A DNA stretch of 39,783 nucleotides. Source: a virus. Its lineage: Duplodnaviria > Caudoviricetes. Shown here piece by piece: positions 15,295 to 23,275 of the stretch; positions within the stretch are counted from its first letter, which is position 1, and each line of letters starts with the position of its first letter. Location of the stretch: the IMG/VR virus record IMGVR_UViG_3300025575_000008, positions 1 through 39,783 of that record; one strand, 5' to 3'. The notes beneath the pieces were generated by a model. The model did not search any database, was not told the DNA's origin, and saw only the letters and a program-made list of their open reading frames with translations. A program made the translations under genes and the position numbers.

Positions 15295-15453
15295 ATGCCA
15301 GCAGGGCTACAAATAAGCACAGTAATACTAATAGTCGGCTGTTTTATAGCCGGGATGATAATTATAATTCGCAAGCCAAGCGAGTACAGAGGGGCTAAAG
15401 CGTTGCTGTATATGGCGTTTTATAGCTGGATTTTAACAATATTTATGGCTTAG
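15295..15453 (+). CDS. Small two-TM membrane protein (52 aa)
   Basis: MPAGLQISTVILIVGCFIAGMIIII...LLYMAFYSWILTIFMA. Confidence 0.55.
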   Translation: MPAGLQISTVILIVGCFIAGMIIIIRKPSEYRGAKALLYMAFYSWILTIFMA

Positions 15454-15458
15454 GAGGG

Positions 15459-15800
15459 GTGAAAATGAACAAGTACGGAGCCAAGAAAACAATAATAGAC
15501 GGAATTAAGTTCGCCTCCATTGCTGAAAGTAGAAGATATAGTGAATTATTATTACTTCAACGAGCAGGGCAAATAGAAAGCCTCAGATTACAACCACGAT
15601 ACACCTTGCAGCCAAAATTCAGCAAAGGTAGTACAAAGTATAGGTGTATAGAATATGTGGCTGATTTTGCCTATTATGACGTAAAGAAAGGGTATGAAGT
15701 TATAGAAGACGTGAAAGGATTTTCAAATAAAATATTCCTTTTGAAACAAAAAATGTTTGAGTATAAATATCCGGAATTGAATTTAACAATAGTGAAGTGA
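15459..15800 (+). CDS. DUF1064-family PD-(D/E)xK nuclease
   Basis: NKYGAKKTIIDGIKFASIAESRRY, YVADF, IEDVKG. Confidence 0.9.
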   Translation: MKMNKYGAKKTIIDGIKFASIAESRRYSELLLLQRAGQIESLRLQPRYTLQPKFSKGSTKYRCIEYVADFAYYDVKKGYEVIEDVKGFSNKIFLLKQKMFEYKYPELNLTIVK

Positions 15801-15817
15801 TTTAAGGAGGGGTCGAA

Positions 15818-15988
15818 ATGATTACAAAAAGTATTTTTTATTTTAAATTTAATACAACAAGTTGGCGTGAAAAGACTGTAGCTGTGGGTATTGGTAGAAA
15901 GAAATATGATATTGAAGAAGATAGAACATTGTATTTTCTTGGAGTAATTTTATATTTTTGGTATTTGACTATTGGAATAAAATTTTAA
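15818..15988 (+). CDS. Hypothetical protein (56 aa)
   Basis: RBS AAGGAGG; hydrophobic C-terminus. Confidence 0.5.
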   Translation: MITKSIFYFKFNTTSWREKTVAVGIGRKKYDIEEDRTLYFLGVILYFWYLTIGIKF

Positions 15989-16003
15989 GGAGTGTGAGGG
16001 ATA

Positions 16004-16195
16004 ATGGAACCAGATAAATTATATATATTTACAAAAAGGATTTGTCCACGACCGAACCACTTTTGCAGCGGCAGGTGGATTCAAGACCGTGAGGACAAAC
16101 AAAAGGATTTCCCAATTTGTCAATATTACGATGATCAGGCAGGATGTTTGCATAAATACAATCCGAAAAATACGCAAAAGATTAAAAAGGGGTGA
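16004..16195 (+). CDS. Cys-rich hypothetical protein
   Basis: 63 aa, four Cys. Confidence 0.55.
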   Translation: MEPDKLYIFTKRICPRPNHFCSGRWIQDREDKQKDFPICQYYDDQAGCLHKYNPKNTQKIKKG

Positions 16196-16201
16196 GGTTG
16201 A

Positions 16202-16705
16202 TTGAATAGTTTAACGGTCAGGTGGAAGCTACATAATTATTATAATGATCTAAAAATGATTGAACAGCTCAAAGACGATCTTAAGGAATACAGGTTAATG
16301 GATGGAGTAAAAGCACTAGTTGTAACAGATATGCCGGGATGCCATAGCACTACTTCAAAAGTTGAATCTGTTTTAACTGAAAATTATAAATATAAGAATG
16401 AGGAACTAGAACTACCAGAATATATAAAGAGTTTAGAAAACGAGTTAGACAGCCTTATGCGAATAAAGAGAGCAATTGACAATGTTTATTTATATTTGCG
16501 TGAACCTGCACGAACGATAATTGAAATGAGATACTTTATCACACCTCAGCCACTAGATGTTAGACAGCGTAAATACAATTGGGCGGAGATAGGTGACGAG
16601 ATACATATGAGCGAGGACAGATGTAAACATATAGATTGTGATGTTATAAGACAGATACAGAATAAGACATTAGATAGTCGACACACTTGCAACATTGTTT
16701 ATTGA
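16202..16705 (+). CDS. RinA/ArpU-like late transcriptional activator
   Basis: IIEMRYF...NWAEIGDEIHMSE HTH; located at the end of the early region. Confidence 0.8.
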   Translation: MNSLTVRWKLHNYYNDLKMIEQLKDDLKEYRLMDGVKALVVTDMPGCHSTTSKVESVLTENYKYKNEELELPEYIKSLENELDSLMRIKRAIDNVYLYLREPARTIIEMRYFITPQPLDVRQRKYNWAEIGDEIHMSEDRCKHIDCDVIRQIQNKTLDSRHTCNIVY

Positions 16706-16729
16706 TATGTATTGACATATACTAAGACA

Positions 16730-16805
16730 GTAAAGATTTCTCATAACTTGACCCTCCTATAAAATATAAGGCTGCGCTCACATGTGTCAGCCTTATATTT
16801 ATTTA
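16730..16805 (+). ncRNA. Candidate sRNA with anti-SD/anti-start-codon seed and terminator
   Basis: TTGTTT-17-TATACT (16695-16723); seed TTTCTCATAACTTGACCCTCCTA; hairpin AAATATAAGGCTG/CAGCCTTATATTT. Confidence 0.55.
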
Positions 16806-16925
16806 AGCAGCAAAAACCTTTAACAGTAATAATAGATGAAGAAAATACTGTTCGAGAGGTTTAATATATACAGCCTGGCATAATATAAGTCCAGGTTTCC
16901 TCTCCGAGGGAGAAAAGGAATTATT

Positions 16926-17039
16926 ATGTATTGTAAAGATCATAACACAAAAGATAATTGCCCTGAATGTCAAAACAAATGTAAAGAGTATTTAGAATAC
17001 AAAGAGGTAGAAAATGAAAGATGTAATAAAATGGACTAA
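16926..17039 (+). CDS. Cys-rich microprotein (37 aa)
   Basis: MYCKDHNTKDNCPECQNKCKEY... Confidence 0.45.
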   Translation: MYCKDHNTKDNCPECQNKCKEYLEYKEVENERCNKMD

Positions 17040-17121
17040 ACACAAGCCCAGATGCGCTGATTGTGGGTGTTGGGACAAACTAAGATGTGAGTGTAAGCTT
17101 TTGAAATGCAAATATAAATAA
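17014..17121 (+). CDS. Cys-rich microprotein (35 aa)
   Basis: RBS GAGGT; MKDVIKWTKHKPRCADCGCWDKLRCECKLLKCKYK. Confidence 0.5.
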   Translation: MKDVIKWTKHKPRCADCGCWDKLRCECKLLKCKYK

Positions 17122-17224
17122 ATAGTTTAAAAGATAGGACTCTGGCACTATGTACATACGTTTGTAAAAGTGTTAAACTGAAAGAGTCAGCAAGCGAAAA
17201 CGCTCTGAACACTGGAGGCGTAAC

Positions 17225-17530
17225 ATGGAATTATCAAGAGAATATGAAATGATTAACAAGACAAGCACCGGTGAAATAGTAATTGCAGACATGGGAAGAA
17301 AAGGCAATGTAAGAGTTTCTGTGATTTCAGAATCAAATCCAAGTGCAAGCAACCGTTCAACATTGTTACATTTTGCAAACCTAGAAGAATTATTAAGTAG
17401 TTATGTATTTGATTATGAATGGTTCAAATCCACAGATTACATGGTAGACTACAAAGAAATGAACCTCCGTTTCTATACCGAAAAAAGCGCATACGGAAAA
17501 GGCAGCGAGAACAGAAGGTGCGCAAAATGA
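17225..17530 (+). CDS. Hypothetical protein
   Basis: 101 aa, RBS GGAGG. Confidence 0.6.
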   Translation: MELSREYEMINKTSTGEIVIADMGRKGNVRVSVISESNPSASNRSTLLHFANLEELLSSYVFDYEWFKSTDYMVDYKEMNLRFYTEKSAYGKGSENRRCAK

Positions 17531-17796
17531 AAATACTAATTAATAGTTCGAACGTAATAAGAGACAATTGGACAAACTTAGTAGTAAGTGAAAAAAACGA
17601 TAAGATTCATTGTAATAATGGACATATAGATTGGTATGAAGGAACAACAGCCGGACAGTATTATATAGAATCACAAGTCAACAAGTCAAATGCTCCTGTA
17701 TGGCACAAACGAATCACAGACGAACAGGCTAATGAATTGATGAAAATGGATATAGAAGATTCAATTGACAAGATGGCTCGCTTGGTGGCGCCATGA
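17527..17796 (+). CDS. Hypothetical protein (start probably MKILINS at 17527)
   Basis: ATGA overlaps at both ends. Confidence 0.6.
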   Translation: MKILINSSNVIRDNWTNLVVSEKNDKIHCNNGHIDWYEGTTAGQYYIESQVNKSNAPVWHKRITDEQANELMKMDIEDSIDKMARLVAP

Positions 17797-17999
17797 TAAC
17801 ACTCACACCAACAGAGCAGAGGATCGCGGACTTAATAAAGCAAGAGAGTTTAACCAACAGACAAATAGCTGAACGGTTAGGAATAGCTGAGGGAACAGTT
17901 AGAACCCATATGAGTAGGATATTAATTAAACTTAATATAAAGAGTAGAAACGAAATTAAGAAGCCTTGCGACAAAAGCAGAGAAGCTGAGCACAGATAG
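17793..17999 (+). CDS. LuxR/GerE-type HTH protein
   Basis: LTPTEQRIADLI...LTNRQIAERLGIAEGTVRTHMSRILIKLNIKSR. Confidence 0.9.
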   Translation: MITLTPTEQRIADLIKQESLTNRQIAERLGIAEGTVRTHMSRILIKLNIKSRNEIKKPCDKSREAEHR

Positions 18000-18071
18000 A
18001 ACAGGGTATATCAAAATGATCGTGAAGGTTGATGCAGCAAGTGAGATTATAAGAAAGCTGAGTGAAGGATA

Positions 18072-18305
18072 ATGGCAAACAATAGAATGTATTTAGTGTG
18101 CCGAGGGTGCAATAAGGGTTTTATGATAGGTAAAACAATGTTGGATGGATATTATACAAGCCAAGAGGATTTTGAACACAAATTAAATGAGTTTTATTCA
18201 TTACATGATTATTGCAATATTACCAAAGAAGTAAACAGTGAGAATCAGTTTGAGTTGGCATATGAAACAGCAGTAGATGAGGATGTAAAAGAATTGATAT
18301 TTTAG
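18072..18305 (+). CDS. Hypothetical protein with CxxC
   Basis: MANNRMYLVCRGC... Confidence 0.65.
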   Translation: MANNRMYLVCRGCNKGFMIGKTMLDGYYTSQEDFEHKLNEFYSLHDYCNITKEVNSENQFELAYETAVDEDVKELIF

Positions 18306-18324
18306 AGAATAGCAACACCAGTAG

Positions 18325-18349
18325 AGCAGCTTAACCGGCTGCTTTTTTT
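18325..18349 (+). terminator. Rho-independent terminator
   Basis: AGCAGC-TTAACCG-GCTGC-T7. Confidence 0.7.
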
Positions 18350-18372
18350 ATGCAAGTATAGGAGTTGATACT

Positions 18373-18903
18373 ATGAGACAAGGGTTGACAGTAAAACAAG
18401 AAAAGTATGTACAAGGACTATTCACTGGATTAAGCCAAAGAGAAGCTTATAAGCAATCGTACAGTTACAAAGGCATGACAGATAAGACGATAGATGAACA
18501 AGCATGTAGGTTAGCTAATGACTACAAGCTAAATGCAAGGCTTAATGAATTAAAGGATATAGTAGCTAAAAAGAATATATTAACTGCTGAATGGGTATTG
18601 AATAACCTTAGATCAGTAGCTGAACGATGTATGCAACAGGAACCTGTTTATATATATGAAAACGGAGAAAAGGTTGAATCCGGTGAGTTTAAGTTTGACT
18701 CAAGTGGAGCAAACAAGAGCCTGGAATTACTAGGCAAACACTTGAAGCTATTCACAGAGAAGGTTGAGAGTACCAATACAAACCTAAATTACGATATGAC
18801 AGACGAAGATAAACTGTTTAGATCTAAGGCAACGCCGGAGGAAATAGAGAAATATGAAAAAGGAATGGAATATGAAAAGATAAATGAGATACTAAATAGA
18901 TAA
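18373..18903 (+). CDS. terS: Terminase small subunit
   Basis: LTVKQEKYV...GLSQREAY...ACRL; GANKSLELLGKHLKLFTEK. Confidence 0.9.
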   Translation: MRQGLTVKQEKYVQGLFTGLSQREAYKQSYSYKGMTDKTIDEQACRLANDYKLNARLNELKDIVAKKNILTAEWVLNNLRSVAERCMQQEPVYIYENGEKVESGEFKFDSSGANKSLELLGKHLKLFTEKVESTNTNLNYDMTDEDKLFRSKATPEEIEKYEKGMEYEKINEILNR

Positions 18904-19070
18904 AGTCATGTTGCTCCACCGTAGGAGTAAACCACAAGATGTAGTGTTTAGCTGATGCGAAATATATCGCAATCCTTGAAACACAGTAGAATAGGGAAAT
19001 GTAATTACACATAGCTGATATTTCGTGTAATTAGAGGTAATAAAAGAATATCAAAAGTATAATAAATGTA

Positions 19071-19099
19071 TTGCAATAGCATATCATAAGTGATATAAT
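19071..19099 (+). promoter_or_regulatory. Sigma-A promoter of a moron-like unit
   Basis: TTGCAA-17 bp-TATAAT with extended TG; RBS AAGGAGGT downstream. Confidence 0.75.
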
Positions 19100-19130
19100 A
19101 TAAGTATCTTAATAAGGAGGTATTTATATT

Positions 19131-19292
19131 ATGAAAGTAACATTATGTAAAAGTTGCCACGATAAATTTTACCCAGATTCAAAATTGCCAGAAATATTAG
19201 GTATTGCATCGTATACCGCCACAGGATATTGCAAGCACTGTGGAAAAAGATCAAATGTGAAGAGATATGAAATTCAAGAGGTGCAAAAATAA
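19131..19292 (+). CDS. Zn-finger microprotein (53 aa)
   Basis: CKSC...CKHCG; strong RBS. Confidence 0.65.
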   Translation: MKVTLCKSCHDKFYPDSKLPEILGIASYTATGYCKHCGKRSNVKRYEIQEVQK

Positions 19293-19861
19293 TGGATGGA
19301 AATATATTAGCAAATAAAAGTGCATATGATAGACCTAAAACAGATTTTTACCCAACACCAGATGAAGTAACTATTGCATTATTAAATTATTTAGAGATTC
19401 CAGACGGGTCAACTATATGGGAATGCGCTTGCGGTGAAGGACATATGGCAAAAGCGCTTGCTAAACGTGGACATTGGGTATATCCTACCGATCTCAACGA
19501 AACAGGTTACGGATATAATGGAATAGATTATTTAAAAACTCAAATGATACCATGCGATTGGATAATAACAAATCCTCCATTTAATGTGTCAGAAGAATTT
19601 ATAAGAAGAAGTATAGAGCATAAAAAACCATTTGCATTATTATTGAAATCTCAATACTGGCATTCAAAAAGTAGATTAAAAGTATTTGAGGATTTTAGAC
19701 CAGAAGCAGTATTGCCATTAACATGGAGACCAGATTTTTTATTTGGCGCAAAAGGTGGAGCGCCTACAATGGAATGTATATGGACGGTATGGGGTACAGA
19801 ATCAGCAAAAATTACAAGATATGAACCTTTAAAGAAACCTAATATAAAGGAGGCGGTATAA
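19292..19861 (+). CDS. Orphan amino (N6-adenine-type) DNA methyltransferase
   Basis: DFYPTP, IWECACGEG (motif I), ITNPPF (motif IV). Confidence 0.88.
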   Translation: MDGNILANKSAYDRPKTDFYPTPDEVTIALLNYLEIPDGSTIWECACGEGHMAKALAKRGHWVYPTDLNETGYGYNGIDYLKTQMIPCDWIITNPPFNVSEEFIRRSIEHKKPFALLLKSQYWHSKSRLKVFEDFRPEAVLPLTWRPDFLFGAKGGAPTMECIWTVWGTESAKITRYEPLKKPNIKEAV

Positions 19862-20109
19862 TGTCTCCTAAAATAAAAGATAAATCATTTCCACCTGTGA
19901 AAGTAACATCAGAGTTTTTAGAAGCTACAAAAATATGCGCTGAGAAAGCTGATAAGTATTTAAGTGATTACATTAGAATGGCAGTAGAGAGTTACAACGC
20001 ACAACAGAGCAAGCCAACAACCTTTAAAGAGCAATTAGATAAAAGTAGCACAGAAGGAACTAGAACAAAGCCAACTATGTGTAAGAGTTTCGGAAAGGAT
20101 GGCAAGTGA
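19861..20109 (+). CDS. RHH-like DNA-binding protein
   Basis: FPPVKVTSEFLE...LSDYIRMAVE. Confidence 0.55.
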   Translation: MSPKIKDKSFPPVKVTSEFLEATKICAEKADKYLSDYIRMAVESYNAQQSKPTTFKEQLDKSSTEGTRTKPTMCKSFGKDGK

Positions 20110-20110
20110 T

Positions 20111-20275
20111 ATGGATTTAGAGAGAAGAAAACAATGGTCTAAATGTATAATAACAGGAGCAATGCAGATAGAAGATAGCATAACCGATGATAATATATGT
20201 TGGAATATAGACGTAATACAAATGGCGCTGAATAGAATAAAAGAAGAGTTAAAACAAGCTGAAACGCAATTATAA
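20111..20275 (+). CDS. Hypothetical protein (54 aa)
   Basis: Open frame directly after 20109. Confidence 0.45.
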   Translation: MDLERRKQWSKCIITGAMQIEDSITDDNICWNIDVIQMALNRIKEELKQAETQL

Positions 20276-20311
20276 GCTGAGGTATAGAACATAAGAAGGG
20301 AATAAGGATAT

Positions 20312-20521
20312 ATGAATCTAAATGAAGCACTAGAAGCTATAGAGGGATATGTTGAATTAATGAGATTGGGAAGTAGAAATAAATATGTAAGGAAATTGCA
20401 AGTCGAAGCTTTTAATGGAATATGTGATGTTGTGAAGAATGCCGATGCTGATTTTATAGCAAAAATAATTGTAAACAGGGCAACAAGCGGTAAAGATGCA
20501 GACGGAAAAACGATGTATTGA
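20312..20521 (+). CDS. Hypothetical protein
   Basis: 69-aa ORF. Confidence 0.55.
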   Translation: MNLNEALEAIEGYVELMRLGSRNKYVRKLQVEAFNGICDVVKNADADFIAKIIVNRATSGKDADGKTMY

Positions 20522-20546
20522 GCCTATATAGAAGGGGGACAAGGAT

Positions 20547-20684
20547 ATGAAAGTAACTAATAAAGAGTATAAAAGATTATGCTATATTGATGATAAAATG
20601 CTTAACGATAAGCCTATAACTGAATCTGAACGTAAAGAAAGACTTGATATAATTACAAAAATGATGAAGGTTGAGCCTATATAA
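20547..20684 (+). CDS. Hypothetical protein (45 aa) flanked by 13-bp direct repeats
   Basis: RBS AAGGGGG; TTGAGCCTATATA at 20518-20530 and 20671-20683. Confidence 0.5.
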   Translation: MKVTNKEYKRLCYIDDKMLNDKPITESERKERLDIITKMMKVEPI

Positions 20685-20709
20685 GCAATACAGCAAGGAG
20701 TGAGTAAGA

Positions 20710-20871
20710 ATGAATAACTATAAAATAATGATAGATAGCCACTTTGCTTTTATGGAAGCAGATACAGAAGAAGAAGCAAAATATAAATTAGCAAAGATGA
20801 TATCAAACATGTCACTAGACGAACTAATAGAATATTTAACTATGGTAGCATGGACTGAACCTAAACAGTAG
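20710..20871 (+). CDS. Hypothetical protein (53 aa)
   Basis: RBS AAGGAG; EADTEEEAK motif. Confidence 0.55.
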   Translation: MNNYKIMIDSHFAFMEADTEEEAKYKLAKMISNMSLDELIEYLTMVAWTEPKQ

Positions 20872-20879
20872 GTGATATA

Positions 20880-22352
20880 ATGTATGACAGAGAAAAGCGT
20901 TTAGCAGAGTGGGTAAGGAAGAAAGCTAACTTAAACTTAATCAAGAATGATTGTGAATATTTCATTGAACATTACGTTCACATAGAAGACAGGGACAGCG
21001 AGGAATTGGCTGTTCTTTTTCATTTATGGGATGGACAGAAGAAAGCCTTGCAAGACTTTATAAACGAGAGACTTAACATTGTACTCAAAGCCAGACAATT
21101 GGGTCTTACGTGGCTTACATTAGCTTATGCAGTATGGTGTATGATGTTTAAGCCGGGTTATATGGTAGTAGCATTAAGCAAGAAGGATGATGATGCAAAA
21201 GAACTTGTAAGGCGTGTTAGTTTTATATTACGATATATGCCGGAATCAATTAAACCAATTATAAACGCTACTACTTCACAAGTTACAATACTACACAAAG
21301 ATGGAGAGCCCAGCACGTTTAAATCATTCACAGCAGCGCCAGACTCCGGCAGGTCGTTTACTGCAAACTTAGTTATTCTTGATGAATGGGCATTTCAACA
21401 ATGGGCAAGAGACATATGGACAGCAGCATACCCAACAATAAACAGACCAACAGGTGGTAAGCTGATAGGACTAAGCACCATAGAACGCGGTAGCTTATTT
21501 GAAGACATATGGACAGCGAGTAAAACAGGTGACAATACTTTTAACAGGATCTTCTTAGGATGGAACACTGATCCAAGAAGAACAAAAGAATGGTATGAGC
21601 AAACGAAGAAGGATTTAGGAGATTCAACACTAGCCGAATATCCAGAAACAGAAGAAGAAGCGTTTCTTGTACCCGGTGGTGCATATTTTACTGAATACAA
21701 ACAATCTATTCACATTAAATCAGTAGAGTTTGAGAAGACACATAGCAGATTCTACATAGCATTAGACTATGGAAGGGATATGTTAGCAGCCGGATTATTT
21801 GAAATAGACCGTTACGGTTACGCAAGACAAAAGGGCGAAGTACATAAAAGCGGCTTACTTGTATCAGATGCAGCCGAAGAACTCAGAACCCTTACAGCAG
21901 GTAAAACAATCTATTCTTATCTAGCACCTAAAGATATGTGGAATCTGAGTAATCAGACAGGTAAGAGTAATGCAGAGGTATTTCAAGCTAACGGCATATA
22001 CCTAAGTCAGGTTATTCCGGGTAGCCGCGAACAAGGGGCTTATATGTTGGCTGAACACTTAAAACCTATCACGGTAAAGGATGAACAGACCGGGGAAGAA
22101 TACGAAACCGCATTATTGACCTTTGATGAAGACATATGCAAAGAAACTACACGATGTTTGCAGAATATACAAAAAGACAAGAATAAACAAAACGAGTATG
22201 CTAATCAGCCTCACAATTTAACTCATGCAGTTGATATGTTAGTTTATTTTGTAGCAGGCAGACCGAGGGCACCAATTGTGGAAGTAAAGAAAAAGCACAC
22301 AAACTGGATGTTTGAGAGTAAAGAAGAACGGAGTGATTTAGATATATGGTAA
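20880..22352 (+). CDS. terL: Terminase large subunit
   Basis: Walker A VLKARQLGLT, Walker B LVILDEWAF, GLST coupling motif, RNase H-like ALDYG and HAVD. Confidence 0.95.
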   Translation: MYDREKRLAEWVRKKANLNLIKNDCEYFIEHYVHIEDRDSEELAVLFHLWDGQKKALQDFINERLNIVLKARQLGLTWLTLAYAVWCMMFKPGYMVVALSKKDDDAKELVRRVSFILRYMPESIKPIINATTSQVTILHKDGEPSTFKSFTAAPDSGRSFTANLVILDEWAFQQWARDIWTAAYPTINRPTGGKLIGLSTIERGSLFEDIWTASKTGDNTFNRIFLGWNTDPRRTKEWYEQTKKDLGDSTLAEYPETEEEAFLVPGGAYFTEYKQSIHIKSVEFEKTHSRFYIALDYGRDMLAAGLFEIDRYGYARQKGEVHKSGLLVSDAAEELRTLTAGKTIYSYLAPKDMWNLSNQTGKSNAEVFQANGIYLSQVIPGSREQGAYMLAEHLKPITVKDEQTGEEYETALLTFDEDICKETTRCLQNIQKDKNKQNEYANQPHNLTHAVDMLVYFVAGRPRAPIVEVKKKHTNWMFESKEERSDLDIW

Positions 22353-22513
22353 AAGAAAGAAGAAATATGTTAATTGAGAAATACAATAGAGAAACAATAG
22401 GATTCAGAACAGTAGTCCAAGAATACATGAGGATATTTAAGCTAGAAAATAGCGTAACCGATGAAGAGTGGGACGATATGAGAAGAAATCCAGAAAGTGG
22501 GGAAATAACATGA
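22346..22513 (+). CDS. Hypothetical protein (55 aa)
   Basis: Starts in repeat copy 1; ATGA overlap with the next gene. Confidence 0.55.
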   Translation: MVKERRNMLIEKYNRETIGFRTVVQEYMRIFKLENSVTDEEWDDMRRNPESGEIT

Positions 22514-22704
22514 ATATATATGACAAAATAGAACTATTCAATAAACTTAAAAATGAGTTAGAAGAAGTATATGGAAGTTTTGATACTATAGATATTGTTG
22601 AAGAATATCCTAACGATATGAGAGTTGAAGATGGGATACATTACTTTGATACAGATGGTTGCTGTGAAAACGTTCCAATAGGTATAGCGGTTAAGAGGGA
22701 GTGA
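22510..22704 (+). CDS. Hypothetical acidic protein
   Basis: MNIYDKIELF...; stop lies in repeat copy 2. Confidence 0.55.
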   Translation: MNIYDKIELFNKLKNELEEVYGSFDTIDIVEEYPNDMRVEDGIHYFDTDGCCENVPIGIAVKRE

Positions 22705-22713
22705 TTTAGATAT

Positions 22714-22851
22714 ATGGTAAAATGGATTTGTAAAATATTTGGACATGAATTAATAAAAGCTGATGAAAAGGATATGTTCGGAATGAGTTATGTATGGCAA
22801 CCTTATTATTGTAAAAGATGTGGGGAAAGGAATGATTTAGACATATGGTAG
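22714..22851 (+). CDS. DUF1660-like Zn-binding microprotein (45 aa)
   Basis: MVKWICKIFGH...YCKRCGERNDLDIW. Confidence 0.65.
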   Translation: MVKWICKIFGHELIKADEKDMFGMSYVWQPYYCKRCGERNDLDIW

Positions 22852-23033
22852 AAACAATTGATAATATTAAACAAATAATTAGGGGCATTAGAAAGACTAT
22901 AAATAACGATTGCATAAAACATGAAACTATACTTTCGGAACGAATGAATCAAATTGACATTCTTGAAAAATTACAATGGGATATAGAAAAACGTATGGAT
23001 GAAATGGTTGAACGTGAACCATGTGAGGTGTAA
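22845..23033 (+). CDS. Hypothetical protein
   Basis: 62 aa; starts in repeat copy 3. Confidence 0.55.
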   Translation: MVETIDNIKQIIRGIRKTINNDCIKHETILSERMNQIDILEKLQWDIEKRMDEMVEREPCEV

Positions 23034-23037
23034 ATAA

Positions 23038-23274
23038 ATGAATATAGTATACACAATTGGTTTACTAGCTGCTTTTATAAGCGGCTTTTTTGTTGCACTG
23101 ATTTGTATTAAGGTGGGTTTGACTTGGCAGATGCAAATAAAAGAGGGTAAAGAGCCAGAGTTACATAATCCAGTTGATTCAGTTGTTAAAGCGGTACAGC
23201 AGAACAAACAAGATAAGGCAGTTAATTACAGCACAGAGCAGGTGACGGAATGGCTTTATGGAGAGGGTAAATAA
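23038..23274 (+). CDS. Single-pass membrane protein upstream of the portal
   Basis: N-terminal hydrophobic helix IGLLAAFISGFFVALICI. Confidence 0.65.
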   Translation: MNIVYTIGLLAAFISGFFVALICIKVGLTWQMQIKEGKEPELHNPVDSVVKAVQQNKQDKAVNYSTEQVTEWLYGEGK

Positions 23275-23275
23275 T

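Larger units (their letters stand above)
22330..22853 (+). repeat. Three copies of a 25-bp repeat containing RBS, ATG and the terL 3' end
   Basis: GGAGTGATTTAGATATATGGTAAAA at 22330-22354 and 22698-22722; GGAATGATTTAGACATATGGTAGAA at 22829-22853. Confidence 0.85.

Noticed and set aside
17138-17210. Hammerhead ribozyme
   Set aside because: CTGAAAGA and GCGAAA are present, but the spacing and stems do not fit the CUGANGA/GAAA core.
22330-22853. CRISPR-like repeat-spacer array
   Set aside because: The intervals are 343 and 106 bp and protein-coding, and the repeat is an RBS/start unit rather than a palindrome.
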